Source: Eledone cirrhosa (lineage: Eukaryota). From it: a stretch of 64,000 nt of DNA. The position numbers and the translations under genes were made by a program. The stretch's first letter is position 1. Each line of letters begins with the position of its first letter. Under the pieces are notes generated by a model. That model worked only from the letters and a program-made list of their open reading frames with translations, made no database searches and was not told the origin of the DNA. Positions 40,000-54,044 of this stretch are shown one piece after another. The stretch lies in NCBI GenBank assembly GCA_964016885.1, contig OZ024745.1:33852001-33916000 (forward strand). The letters run 5' to 3'.

Positions 40000-40195
40000 A
40001 ATTTCAATTTAGGCACAAGGCTAACACATTTTTTATTTGAGGTAAAGAGTGGGTTAAATTGACTCAGGGAGTGTACTGGTATTTTATAGGTACCGGAAGG
40101 ATGAAATGCAAAGTTGTCTTTGGTTAGATTTGAACCCAAACAAATACAACAACAGATTTCTTACGATGCTCTGACAATTCTGCCAATTCGTTGCT
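40000..40195 (-). mobile_element. Diverged SINE copy
   Basis: ttaggcacaaggc...tactggtattttat...ggatgaaatgcaaagttg...tctgccaattc. Confidence 0.65.
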
Positions 40196-40974
40196 TCTAA
40201 GATGTTAATGTAATTCCATATCGAATATAACGAGATAAATGCTGGTAATAAGTCCACAGACTTACGTAACATAGATATTGCCGCCTGAAGATATTACGTA
40301 ACATAGATATTGCCGCCAGTTGACCTAAGAAACAGAAAATTAATAAAAATGCCTACTTTTGCTCTCTCTAAGCGTATTGTACCCGATTTTCTCAAAAAAA
40401 AAAAAAAAAAAATTCATAGTGCTCAACTATTGTGGTAGGCATTTACGTTGTGACGGCAACATTTCATATTTCACATATAATTGCATATATTTGTAGGTAT
40501 GCATTATTTCTATGCACTTGTAATATTTGCAAGAAAATTAGAGCTTGTTATGAAGCCACATTTCTTAAGACAAAGTGGAAAGTATCTAAGAAGTGGATAA
40601 TTCAAACGCTGATGCCTGTAAAGGTTATAGACACTTTAGTGGCTCTACTGATGAACTAAGTTCATAACAAAACCATAAATACAATTCAAGATATTTATCT
40701 TTACTCATCCTTTTCCGCTAGCTGGGGGTGGTGGTGAAGCAGTGAGGTGTCGTTTTCTTTGATTCATGTGATTGTGAATAAAACCTACGCATACAGTGAT
40801 ACACACAAACACAAATAAATACACATATATTATATGTATATAAATGAATATAAATGTGAAGACTAAAATCCCAAAAGGGCTCGATAAGGATAAATATATA
40901 TCAAATATATAAGAACCCTAGAGAAAATATTTATTAAAATCTGTTATTTTAATATATATATAATATATATAATA

Positions 40975-41163
40975 TAAATGGAAAAGAATGAAACGAAATT
41001 TCATTTCTCACTCTTAGTACGGCTGATACTTAAATGTAAGTATGTATGTATACGTACATACATATATGTATACAGACGTACAGTAGTATGTATATATATA
41101 TATACATGCACACACACATATATATATATATGTACGTATGGGCACCGAAAACGATAAATGGAT
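40975..41163 (-). repeat. Family D module fragment
   Basis: Reverse complement matches 50555-50722 and 50985-51135. Confidence 0.75.
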
Positions 41164-43624
41164 CATATTAACTCCAGAAAGTTTGTAAGTCTAGGGCTTA
41201 TTATATCAATCCCTCTTTGCCAAAGCGTTAGTTGCAGCACAAAGGGAAACACCGACACCGACACAGAGTTTCACAAACAGACATATATACGTTATATATT
41301 TTTTATATATTGTTATATATATATTTTTTTAAATCGATATTTTCTTTGATATCTTAACCATATACTTATTACAACCTGGACTATCACATATCACATGAAC
41401 AGCATGTGTCTTCTATTCCTTCATTCCAAACCTGAACCGGAAATATCGGTATTTTTCATTTTCTCAAGGAAACTACATTTACTTTAGCTACCACATTTTC
41501 TGTGTATTGCTTATTAACGAAGAGGTAGACCCACAAATATTTCCCCTGATACTACATTTTACACTAATTTTAACACTTGGACCGAAACATGATCTTTTTT
41601 TTGGATAGTTATATGTGTAAGTATTTCATAATTAATAAAACCATAGACATTTTTGAATTAGTGGTGTTTAAACTGTTGCAAGAGCAAAGTACACATACAT
41701 GCACAAAAACACAAAGGACATTTTCAATTAATATGACATTAATATGACATTAATATGACATTAATATGACACCTTGAGAAATAATCGAATTATGAATTAA
41801 TCAACACACAAAATACATTAAACAGTATTCTAGATGTCCATTTACTCATATTAAAGAAAGAAAACCCCAAAGAAATTCCAATTAATATAAAACAAATAAC
41901 AAATATACACATGGAAAACAAAATCATTAATTTCAATTTTAGAAGGTAAATAAATAATAAATGAATATTATGACGTCTTCTATGCAACAACAAATCATAT
42001 CTCGATATTAATTACCAACCAATTAGAATTTAATAAATCCTTATTAAAGCAACCAATCATATAACAACAACCACCCATTACTCACATTTATTACTTGTAT
42101 ACGCCCTTCGTATATAAAAAAACAACTTCTAATAAGAAATCATTTGTGTGTTTAACAAGTGACATTAACATTTGCTACCAAACTACCTGAAGCAGCGCCT
42201 TCTTATACAAAACGTTATATTTATCTAAAAGCCTTTCATCTTAGTTCAATGTAAAAATCTTTGTTATATTATACTCCAAACACTAGATTAAAATGGGAAA
42301 GTTAGTTATATTACTAAATCACTCCACTTCCTTGATAATTTTCAAAATGATTTGGAAATCATAGGCAGTGTCTTTTATTAGAAATAAGGTAACGAAATGG
42401 TTAGCTTTAAATTAACATTTCAATACTAAGTGGGTGTGCATGTGTTGACCGACAGAGACAGACCATTTAATATTTTCTCTTCAATTTGTGTAGGAAACAC
42501 TTTATACACTGACTTGTGACACATTATCCACTGAGATAACATTTGTTAGAAAGTATGGACTGGTCAATATTATTATACTTGTAGAAACAATTATTATACT
42601 TGTAATAGTCGCTATAGTTAAAAATAACAATAGAAAGCAACTTCTAGAACAGAACTAACCTCAACCTGTTGGTTGTATTGGGCTTGAGAAAGTAATGTTG
42701 AGGTCATACATTACATGACATACCATCATCTTGAATTTACTTCTCCAAATACAGCGACATCCTGCCGAGGTACTCTGTGCCTAAAGTTCTGTATTCGCGA
42801 AGGGTAGGCAATATTTTGAAAGACAGTTCAGTTTTGTTGTTATGTGTGTATGTGTGTCTTATTTATGGCTATGATATAGTGTGGATCATTTTAATAATAT
42901 TTCTAACCAAAATTACAAATGCGTATACAGGATTACATGCTCCAATACATAAGTGTGTTCCTGTATTGAGGTATATCATCCTGTATTCGTATTTGTAATT
43001 CCAGATAGAAATATTATTAAAAAGATCCACTTAAATCATAGCTATAAATAGGATACACACACACACCACCACCACCACCACGGAGGCGGTGGCTGCAGCA
43101 GCAGCAGCAGCAACAACAACAACAACAACAATAACAACACCAGCAACACAACTGTCTTACAGTTTTTCACAATATTATCTTCCACGAGAATATTCAATTT
43201 TTCAATTATTCAAACTCCAATTACAATTACATTTTAATTCATGAATGCATTATACGCAATTAATTATTCTTCAATTAATCTAAATGCAGGTCCCAATTTA
43301 CAACCTGCCAATATTGATTAGGTTGTACAGCGTCCTTCTTTTGAAATTGTTAGCGAACTGAAACCTGAAAATTAAGGCAGCTCGAAAAACTATAATCAAA
43401 CTATTTCGTCTTGCAATAATAGGTTTATAAAACAGTCTAACATTGCTTAATTACAAATTATACGAATGAAGTGGCACAGAAGAAAAATTAGATTATTAGT
43501 CTTTTTTGTGGGGATTTCACCAACTTATACATTGTTCCTAGTAATTAGAGAAATTAGAGAAAAAATTGAGAACTAAATATAATTTGATTAATTTCAGCGT
43601 GAAATTGGAATGCAATATAACATT

Positions 43625-43721
<97 letters not shown>

Positions 43722-43722
<1 letters not shown>

Positions 43723-44335
43723 TAGCTGAGGTACCCGGTAATACCCGGGAGCGGGCGTATTCTTAGTTCCCATTAAAATGCCCAATGCCTCTCAGACCAA
43801 AAATGAAATCAAAATATAGGACAGATAATGAAAAGCGAAGACAAATTCATTGATGAAACAATAAGGGAAACAATTTTCAGCGAGGGTTTTGTGCTCCCGG
43901 GCAACCCTTTGATTAAAATAAAATATACTTATCCAAGTACCCTGGGCAATGTAGTTTCAGAATATATATGGTTATCTCCAAAACCATAGGAGGAGTTCGT
44001 GAAATCTTGTTCCATTTATTGGCCAAAATTTTCACTATAGAAGGTTTAACCTCCATTAGGGTGTCTTATTATTATTGAAATTTGCTGAAAGTTTGTGAAT
44101 AGACATCATATTTTGTCATTTACCTATGGTTTAAATTTCATATAAATCGAAGGGAAAAAGTTTTTAGCGGGGAACCCTTTGATTAAAATGAAATATACGT
44201 AAAAAATCAGATGAGCATGAGACCCCCACACATGTGTCAAGTTTCATCATAATCAGTTTGGTAGTTTTTGAGTTTTAGGTTCACAAACAAATCCACAAAC
44301 ACAAAAACAGACAGAAATTGCCATTTATGTATATA
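43722..44335 (-). mobile_element. Non-autonomous Helitron
   Basis: Minus-strand 3' end CTAG followed by T at 43722-43725, with GC hairpin cccgg/ccggg (43734-43749) ~10 nt upstream; 5' part has tctgtctg/tttg repeats typical of small invertebrate Helitrons. Confidence 0.7.
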
Positions 44336-44349
44336 TATATATATATATA

Positions 44350-45739
44350 TATAGTAGAATAATCGAGTATCGAAAAATCGGCGCACGAGTTCACGATAAA
44401 CAAAATTCGACATGAGTGGCAGAGGGCTCAATAATTCAGATAAATCAGAGCTATAACTATCGTTAAAATACCAACACACATAGATTATGTCTAAAATCAA
44501 CCATACGACCGAAAAATTACGATCCGGAAGATTCGGGTCACTCAGATAAAATATCAATAAATCAATAAATCATATGAATGTAAAAAGCTTACCCGGACCC
44601 ACTAGAAAGATGGTAAATCTAGCTTCTTGGGTTTCTGTAAATCCTTAAATCGCCCACTATCAGCCCACATAAAAATATATAAGACTTCTAGAGAGCGGCG
44701 GACAGGAAATACTTTATCAACGAGCTTTGTCCAAACGAATAAAAAAGCCAACCCTAGCTGAAAACGCACATGGAATCCAGCAAGGGAGATAACCTCTATA
44801 TCCGCGAAAAATATTCGGGAATGTGGAAAATCACATATCGAATAAGAGTGCTCAATAGACATGTTAAAATAAACAGGAGCTATTCATCATTTAATAGAAT
44901 CGACAAAAAATGAACAATAAAATTAACTGGTCAATAGCTAAGTCTAGAGCTAAATATAGTAGAATAATCGAGTATCGAAAAATCGGCGCACGAGTTCACG
45001 ATAAACAAAATTCGACATGAGTGGCAGAGGGCTCAATAATTCAGATAAATCAGAGCTATAACTATCGTTAAAATACCAACACACATAGATTATGTCTAAA
45101 ATCAACCATACGACCGAAAAATTACGATCCGGAAGATTCGGGTCACTCAGATAAAATATCAATAAATCAATAAATCATATGAATGTAAAAAGCTTACCCG
45201 GACCCACTAGAAAGATGGTAAATCTAGCTTCTTGGGTTTCTGTAAATCCTTAAATCGCCCACTATCAGCCCACATAAAAATATATAAGACTTCTAGAGAG
45301 CGGCGGACAGGAAATACTTTATCAACGAGCTTTGTCCAAACGAATAAAAAAGCCAACCCTAGCTGAAAACGCACATGGAATCCAGCAAGGGAGATAACCT
45401 CTATATCCGCGAAAAATATTCGGGAATGTGGAAAATCACATATCGAATAAGAGTGCTCAATAGACATGTTAAAATAAACAGGAGCTATTCATCATTTAAT
45501 AGAATCGACAAAAAATGAACAATAAAATTAACTGGTCAATAGCTAAGTCTAGAGCTAAATATAGTAGAATAATCGAGTATCGAAAAATCGGCGCACGAGT
45601 TCACGATAAACAAAATTCGACATGAGTGGCAGAGGGCTCAATAATTCAGATAAATCAGAGCTATAACTATCGTTAAAATACCAACACACATAGATTATGT
45701 CTAAAATCAACCATACGACCGAAAAATTACGATCCGGAA
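44350..45739. repeat. Head-to-tail tandem repeat, 605-bp unit, ~2.3 copies
   Basis: tagtagaataatcgag starts at 44352, 44957 and 45562; copies look identical; (TA) on both sides. Confidence 0.95.
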
Positions 45740-45784
45740 TATATATAGAAATAATAATAATAATTGTTTCTAATAATAATAATG

Positions 45785-45982
45785 AATGTGAAGACTAAAA
45801 TCCGAAGAGGGTTCGATAATGATAATATATATATATATATATAAAAATATAAAACCATAGAGCAAATATTTATTAAAATAACAGATTAAAGTTTAAGCAA
45901 AGAATCGGTGCTTTAACCCTTATTTCAGAAGATCCCGTTAAAGGTGAAAGCAGCGATTCTTTGCTTAAACTTTAATCTGTTA

Positions 45983-45990
<8 letters not shown>
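45785..45990. mobile_element. Family A module, fold-back, with CAGAAGA HHR at 45923-45971
   Basis: 45872-45921 is the reverse complement of 45938-45989. Confidence 0.7.
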
Positions 45991-46036
<46 letters not shown>

Positions 46037-46037
46037 G

Positions 46038-46087
46038 TCTTGTTACTCTGAAGTTTCGCCTGCTTATCACAGGGTCATCAGACAAGA
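46038..46087 (-). ncRNA. Type I hammerhead ribozyme
   Basis: Minus strand: tcttgt-CTGATGA-c cctg/cagg c-GAAA-cttcagag-TA-acaaga. Confidence 0.8.
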
Positions 46088-46170
46088 ACTGTTCTTATCT
46101 GTGGTGCTGAGACCGAAGAAACTCATTATAACATGAATTTTAAAACTCTACTTGGGTATTGAGTATACAA

Positions 46171-46268
<98 letters not shown>

Positions 46269-46563
46269 ACACACATGTATATATATACATTTGTTTTGCA
46301 AGGTTTTTGATATGAAATCGCGTGTTGAAACAAATATTGTTATATTTGGGGAGGGTCATATTGTTATAATATCGCCATAAATAGTAATAGAACGCATTCA
46401 TTGTTTGGTTTGGGTTGGTTTTCGCTTCTGTGTCTTTTGTATCTCCATAGTTAATTTATCTGGCAATGAATGTTTATCATTGATTGACCAACGATTAAAA
46501 ATACAGATATAAACATATATATATAGTCTATCAAATACAGATATAAATATATATATATAGTCT

Positions 46564-46605
46564 ATCAAAGTTCTTTCGTCACACATCTGTGACATCATCA
46601 GTAGT
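46564..46605 (-). ncRNA. Type I hammerhead ribozyme (family C)
   Basis: Minus strand: CTGATGA-t gtcaca/tgtgac-GAAA-gaac-TT-tgat; homolog of 15143-15185. Confidence 0.65.
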
Positions 46606-46896
46606 GCTATTATGTTTCCTCCCGTTGTATTGTAATGCCTACGTCATTTTTATTTAATTAATTAATTTATTTATTCTTGTCTCTGTCTCTGTTTGCGCAT
46701 GCGTTTGCGTGTGTGTTTCCTGTTTGGTGTGTGTTCGTGTTTGAGTGTATGTGTTTTTGTATTCTACCTTTGTTCACTAGTGTGTCTTTATGTGTGTTTG
46801 TTGTTATTGTACTTGTGTATATATTTATTTATTTATTTATCTATATTTCCGTTAGGTCAGTATTGTTTGTTGGAATAACAACAACAATAACCATAC

Positions 46897-47410
46897 CCAA
46901 ACAAACAATACTGACCTAAGGATATGACAGAATTGGTATTCCTCGATTGTAAGAGGTTCGTATTTTTCCTAATTTGTATAGTTATATCTCTTAATATTTT
47001 CTCACTGACTAATCCTAATTCATTTCTGGTGTAGTTCAGCAATTAGCAGGTGGTCAGTTGGTGAAGTTAGTCTTGTGGTCTTCCAACGTGATAATGATTC
47101 ACCTTTGTCCAGACATTCAGCCTTCGAGTCAATTTTTAACTGCTTAGCGATGCACTCTGATTTGTCACATATTATTAAGGAATCTACGCTGAATGTGTAA
47201 TACTTATTTGCAATATTATTTAGGATTAGTTGAATGTATCTATCTATTATTTACTTCATACATGTTCTTAGACTTATCGTAGAAAACTAAAACGTTACTA
47301 GAAGATTTTAATTTTTTTAATATCATGAGACAGTTTAATTTGAAAGGAATTAGTACTATGACGAAGCTAAGTTTGAAATAGTGGACTTTTACCACGCGAT
47401 GTCTAGGTCA
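46897..47410 (-). pseudogene. Degenerate PLE RT N-terminal fragment
   Basis: ITLEDHKTNF...NELGLVSEKILRDITIQIRKNTNLLQSRNTNSVI aligns by eye with YITRKDHKPDF...DIGLASKKILNKLNTHIRSKSKLLQWINSSSVV in the 32668-34431 ORF. Confidence 0.75.
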
Positions 47411-47770
47411 TTATTAGTGCTTTAGCGTACACACACACACACACACACACACGCGCACACACACACACACACACACATAACTATATCATATATGTATATT
47501 AGGCCTCTCTTGAGCGCTACTGGTAACGCCTCACCCAGTACAACTTGGTTGGGTCGTTGATGACGTAATTGGCTACCTTATCACTCTCACTTGGTGAAGA
47601 GGGTGATTTTTGCATAGACTGCGGGTTGAAACACAAAACCCGTTAAACGGTAGAGGAACTCAGGAGAACCAACAGCTATACAAGAGTGTGTGCATAATTA
47701 TGTCATGTGTACATATGTACGTATATATATATATATATATACACACATATATATATATATATATATACAC

Positions 47771-47827
<57 letters not shown>

Positions 47828-48290
47828 CACATACATATATATATGCATGGGGTCATGCATATACTGGGTTTGGTGTCCGAGCACGTGGTTAGCCCACCGG
47901 GAGTGAGAGCCCCCTTGTACGTGTTAGGATGTCATTCCAGGAGAAGAAAAACTCTGAAGTAAAACTTGGAACTTGATTGCAGCCGATAATGTTGACCTGT
48001 TCTTCTCTTTGTATTTCTGTCACCGTTGTTTAGAATGTGGGATTGGTTCTCTGTAAGGGCTTTCTTCAATTAGAAATGCTTCAAGCACAGCCATCACTTG
48101 ATCTAAGCGTCTTACACGTGTGTTGTATGAGCATGATCAGCCGTAGCTGAAAAGGCCTTTTTAATTTCTTTCGCCGCAGCATATGTTGAGGGTCTACGTG
48201 TCCTTGGAACGGTTAAGGGGTTGCGTTCGTGCCACCCATGTGCAAGAAAAGGATAAATTGATGACAATTATCGAAAGCAAGATGCAGTCA

Positions 48291-48354
<64 letters not shown>

Positions 48355-50527
48355 GCAGAGCAAAACAACAGCATAGAACTAGCAGAAGATGAAACAAATA
48401 TCAAGCATAAAATATGTTATAATAGATCATTTAGGGTAATTGTTCTCACGCTTGTGGTATAAACGCTACTTAATCTGTAAATCAAACTATTTTACCTCAC
48501 AGCAAAATTATTGTAGGATTCTCAAGAAAAATGTATGAAAATATCATCTGCAATCTAAAATTGAAAAACACTAACTATTAATTTTAATGACAGATACTTC
48601 CCTACTTGAAGCAAAAACAATCCTGCAAAAACAATCCTGCTAAGTATGTACCCCAAACAACTGAGACAATTTCTTGCTTAAATAGGTTTCCTTAACTACC
48701 ATTCATAACACATTACATCTTGTACACACAGAACATAAAACAAATCTATCTGATAAATGTCTTAACACCAATGAGTGGTTTATAAGTTTCATCTAATCAT
48801 ACGTTATCTTATGAAAATCATATTCCATCTTACTATATATTTTGAAACTATTTTTCCTATCCTACTTTCAACTGATAAAAGAACGCTTCACTTTTTATTT
48901 GATTATGCTAAACAATTATCAATGTTAACACTAATTTTTCTTACTTTATATAATAGATGTATTCTAACTTTTTTTGTAATGATAAAACTACTCTTCTATT
49001 TTTCACTTATGGGACTAATGCACTAAAACTCTTCACAATACTCTATATTTATAATGCATTATAAAATAATTTTATTTACACCTACAAATATAAATCATTT
49101 CAAATCCAGTTTTCGCTATAAAGAATTCTCTCAATAATTTAAGTAACAAAATTACTGCATAGTCAAACATTATTGCTTAATGTATCACATCGCAACTTTG
49201 ATCGGGAGATGTTTACTATTAAGCTTACCTCAATTTACATTTTAAATACAAAATGTACAAAGATACAGGAGCTGTCTTTCAGGCTTACGCACATATACAT
49301 CGGTATTTCAACTACAGAGAATTACCACAAACAATACTCTCATTGCAAACTACTATGAATCAACACATAGATCGACACACATCAACGCACCATCGCACAC
49401 ACAGATAGACACACACACATGTATTTATATATATATATGCATGCATGAATGCATGTGCAATAAAACACTATAAACCAACAATTTATAATTTAGTCTAGTA
49501 GATGTTCCTCAGGCAACTATGCCTTAACTCATACACTGAACTGTATATTTCCAAATATTACATTAGATTTTCAACACAATTCCTGTTTAGCACCACTACT
49601 TCTGTTAATTCATCATCTTTATTACATTTTTTAAAAATGTTTTCCTTCACTTCTCACTCATAGTACCCTATGGCAAATAATTCTATCTGTAAAGCCACAC
49701 TAATATGTATCTTACATTTTGCATCATGCATCCCCTTATATATATATATATGGGGTAGGGGGGTGGTTGGGTATGTGTGTGAAAAGTGAAAGAAAAAACA
49801 CCACAGACGATGAAGTTTAATTAAGATATATATGTTTCTTTCACGCTTAATATAGTAGGAAAAGTCATAACGTTTCGGACGCTAGGCCTTCAACAGAAAA
49901 TAATATGAAAAATTTAAGATGACCTGAGGTGTACTCGGACCCCGTACTGTAGAGCTCCTCCACAATATCTGAACGTCAGCAGCCCGTCTGAGGGAGGAGC
50001 CCTCCTATTCTTCTGTGGCCCTACAGACCTTGCTTTTCCCTTCCTTTTCGTTTTAAAATATTTGTAGTATGTTTCTAATTATTTTATAGTCATTCATTCA
50101 TGCTTTTATTTAATTAAAAAAGTGTTTTCCTTTTATCTACGCTGTCCATGTCACGGTCCGGTTTTTACCTCAGAGAGGGAGAGAGAGAGAGAGAGAGATA
50201 TATATAGAGAGAGGGCTAGATAGATAGATAGAGAGAGAGAGAGCGTGTGTCTATGTGTGAGAGAGGGAGGTAAATTCCGATCGCGACGCCTATTCGCCTA
50301 GACGTTTCATGAACAGCAGTCTACTTCAGGGGGTTGTGCGTTCAGCGACTGGAAAGTACACGAAGAAGGAAGAGAATGTGTTTATATGACACCAAACATC
50401 TCTGCGAGGAACTATAGTTGATTCGAAACATATATACGTGAGAGCAATTTATGCGGTAACTAGAAACAGATAAACATCACAAGGTTTACCTTCATTTAGT
50501 CGTGGAATTTATTCAGTGAGAGTATTT

Positions 50528-51132
50528 TATACATTAATAAATGTTCGGTGAATCCATACGTACATATATATATATGTGCATGTATGTATATATATACATA
50601 CTACTATACGTCTGTATACATATGTGTATGTACGTATACATACTTATATTTAAGCAACAGCCGTACTAAGAGTGAGAAATGAAATTTCGTTTCAGTCTTT
50701 TCCATTTATCGTTTTCGGTGCGCCCGGCCGACTAACTCACTCGATATGCAAATTAGGCTGCTCAGCCGTTAATATGCATAAGGAAAGTATATACTTTCAA
50801 ACGTTCAATCATCTGACAGGAAGGTATACGATGCTGACGATAGCTAATAAGCTTGAAACTAGTTCATCGTTCTTTTGTCAGTGTTGAACAAAAGGGCAAC
50901 GATGGTTGCCGAACACTGTACGGCTTAATTCGGGCTGTTTGTTTACAAACAAACCGAACATTATAATAAATGTTCGGTAAACCCATACGTACATATATAT
51001 ATATGTGTGCATGTATGTATATATATACATACTACTGTACGTCTGTATACATATATATATGTACGTATACATACTTATATTTAAGTATCAGCCGTACTAA
51101 GAGTCAGAAATGAAATTTCGTTTCATTCTTTT

Positions 51133-51136
<4 letters not shown>
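50528..51136 (+). mobile_element. Family D HHR-bearing non-coding module in partial tandem (~430-bp period)
   Basis: 50530-50705 repeats at 50960-51136; HHR between the two copies. Confidence 0.75.
50828..50870 (+). ncRNA. Minimal type I hammerhead ribozyme (family D)
   Basis: acgatg-CTGACGA-t agct aata agct t-GAAA-ctag-TT-catcgt. Confidence 0.85.
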
Positions 51137-51180
<44 letters not shown>

Positions 51181-51183
51181 ATG

Positions 51184-51275
<92 letters not shown>

Positions 51276-51276
51276 C

Positions 51277-51323
<47 letters not shown>

Positions 51324-51465
51324 TATATACGTATATATATATATATATACAAAGGTTATATTTAATTTGTTGGAATTCAACAAACTTAAAAGTTTTATAA
51401 CTGATATAAAGCACTCAACAAGCTGTTATATTAATAAATGGAAACTATATTTATAAAACCATAAT

Positions 51466-51530
51466 TATTTTATTATATATATTTCAAGGGCAACCAATCA
51501 AATTTTGGTGGGCTTTCATCAGATAAAATA
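51466..51530 (-). ncRNA. Type I hammerhead ribozyme
   Basis: Minus strand: tattttat-CTGATGA-aagccc accaa/ttggt gccctt-GAAA-tatata-TA-ataaaata; homolog of 3698-3760. Confidence 0.7.
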
Positions 51531-52300
51531 CAAAATTTGTTTTATAAATGTTGACATACCCGCAGAAGAACAACCTTGACGGTTGGAGGTTCGCTGGATA
51601 GTGGAAACATTTTATTGAGGGTGATTCAAAGTTATGTGTGAGTATGCAAAAGAATGTCCGAAAAAATTGAAAAAAACAATGGTTTATTTAAATTACTGTT
51701 GGACGAAGAGAGAGAGATGGGAAAAGAGAGAGAGAGAAAAAAAGAGAGAGAGAGAGAGAGAAGAAAAAAAGAGAAAGAAGAAGAGAAGGAAGAAAAAGAG
51801 AAAGAAAAAGAGAGAAGAAAGAAAGAGATAGGAAGAAGAGAGAGAGAAAGAAAAGATAGGAGAGAGAGAAAGAAAAGGAACCATATGCATAGTAATGATG
51901 AAAAAAGTTAAAGACGAACGATTGAAGAAATAAGCTTATCAACCGATGAATCCATATCTCGTAAATACATTTTTTTGTTATGTTTATATTAAAAAATATG
52001 ATAAGATAAAAATGATAAATTAATGATAATGATGAATTAAAAATAGTGTTAAATTCCAAAAATAAGGATATATTACATTAAAAATGCTTTTAAAATTATA
52101 TATCATGTTATAGATGATAAATTATTTAACTGTATAATGTTTTAGATTGGAAAAAATATTGATAATCAAGATTCGTTTATTTATTAGTTATTATGAGATG
52201 GGTTTGACAAAAACATATTTAGCCAGAATTTATTACCAGTTGTAAGTCAAATCTTACGTACTTAGGAAAAATTACAAAGGTAACGAAAAATTACTTAATT

Positions 52301-53528
52301 ACTAAAACCATTTAGAAATTCTGACTATAAAAATTAAGATTATAAAACCCATAAAGAAGTGTTAAGAGATTTTTTAGAAAATCTTTGGATAGAGTAAGCA
52401 TTATGTAAGGAAGATTAAAGGTGTAATTACATTTTATATATATATTTAAAAGTTGAATTTAATCGATGTTTACAAGAACTAAATAAATTATTACGCAAAT
52501 ATAATATATATATAAGGGCTTTATTAAGTAAATTAGGAGTGATAGATGAGTAGTAAATTAGCAATATCCAATTGAATGAATTTTTTGTTATGCTTATATT
52601 TTATGTCCTTAAACCAATCTATAACTTCATTAGTCGCATTCCATAATTTTAAGTAAGATATTTCTTTAAGTTGCGGTATGATTCTATCTAGAATATTTTT
52701 ACTAACTATGCCTACATAAACACCTCTTTATCCAAATTTTGCAACATATGCGTTGAAGAAATATTCTTTATACTTAAATGTAAGAACTCCATTAATTTCC
52801 GTAATAATTTATTTAGTTCTTGTAAACATCGATTAAATTCAACTTTTAAATATATATATAAAATGTAATTACACGTTTAATCTTCCTTACATAATGCTTA
52901 CTCTATCCAAACACCTATAATCTCAATTCTTAAATTATATACATATATGTTCAGAAATTTTATTGTAATTTTAATTACTTCTTAAATATATAATATACTT
53001 CTTAAATTTCTAGTATTTTTTCATATATATACCTTTACCTTACCTTTACTTCCAAAAATATCTAATAATCCTTCTGGATTGAATACATGAACATTTTATA
53101 ATCGTATCTTAAGATGTTTCTTTTAAAATGCTTTTGGAAATGTTTTTGAAAATGTTTTGAAAGTTTTTTAAGAGTGTTATTCAAAATTATAAAATTATTC
53201 CTTTAGACTAATTAATATTTTAATATTTTCGAAATTAATATTTTTTGAAATTTATACTTTCCAATACTCTAAACACTTTTAAATATTTTTAATATTTTTA
53301 ATATTTTAAATATTTAACTACTTCCAAATAATTCTGAATACTTCTTTATATTTCGAATAATTTAGATTCTGATTGTAATTTACAAATAGGTTGTAAACAT
53401 TATAAATGATTTGTGTATATTAAGAGTTTTCTGGGATTTCTAAAAATTTTCTAAAAAATCTCTTAACACTTCTTTATGGGTTTTATAATCTTAATTTTTA
53501 TAGTCAGAATTTCTAAATAGTTTTAGTA
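52301..53528 (+). mobile_element. Degenerate PLE endonuclease C-terminus and UTR with nested inverted duplications
   Basis: ~52740-52850 reads CNICVEEIFFILKCKNSINFRNNLFSSCKHR; 52301-52380 is the reverse complement of 53448-53528; 52384-52495 of 52800-52911. Confidence 0.7.
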
Positions 53529-53648
53529 TATACTTTTATAATCAGTCCTTCAGTCTCCGATTATTATTATTATTATTATTATTTTATTATATATATATAT
53601 ATATATATGAAAAAGAACACAAGAGCGTCTACAACATCAAAAGATTTT

Positions 53649-53704
53649 TTATTGGCTTACAATGTTTCTTCCTTACGTAACCGTAGGATTCGTCAGAGCT
53701 ATAA
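53649..53704 (-). ncRNA. Type I hammerhead ribozyme
   Basis: Minus strand: tagct-CTGACGA-a tcctacg/cgtaagga a-GAAA-cattg-TA-agcca. Confidence 0.65.
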
Positions 53705-54044
53705 AAGGGGTTTGATTGGTGTTATGGACTCTACCAACCAAACATTCAAGAACAAAGAGTAAAGAGAGTAAAGAGCAAAAGTAGGGAGACGATAAGTCTA
53801 ATTTTGGTGCGGGAGGGTGGGGTGTGGGTCCTTGTTTACTAGCTGCGGTCATATTCATTCCCGGGAGTCGGGTGGTTAGCTGAACCATAGGTGGGGTGGC
53901 GTCGATAGTATGGTGCAGAGGGTGCGCAGAGGCTACACAAACACAAAGGGCATACAATATATATATATATATATATAGCGGAGGAGAAAGTACATGAGGT
54001 AATTAGAAATGGAAAAAGAGTAATAATAATAATCTATAATTAAT

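Noticed and set aside
39819-40040. Poly-P/H/Q ORF resembling a transcription factor
   Set aside because: Compound trinucleotide microsatellite running into a SINE
44575-44700. snRNA (U1-like cttaccc) or HHR (ctgatag...gaaa on the minus strand) inside the 605-bp unit
   Set aside because: Match limited to a few bases; no U1 stem-loops; HHR core and stem III do not fit
51634-51911. Lys/Arg/Glu-rich ORFs
   Set aside because: Purine-rich simple sequence, probably a retroelement UTR read antisense
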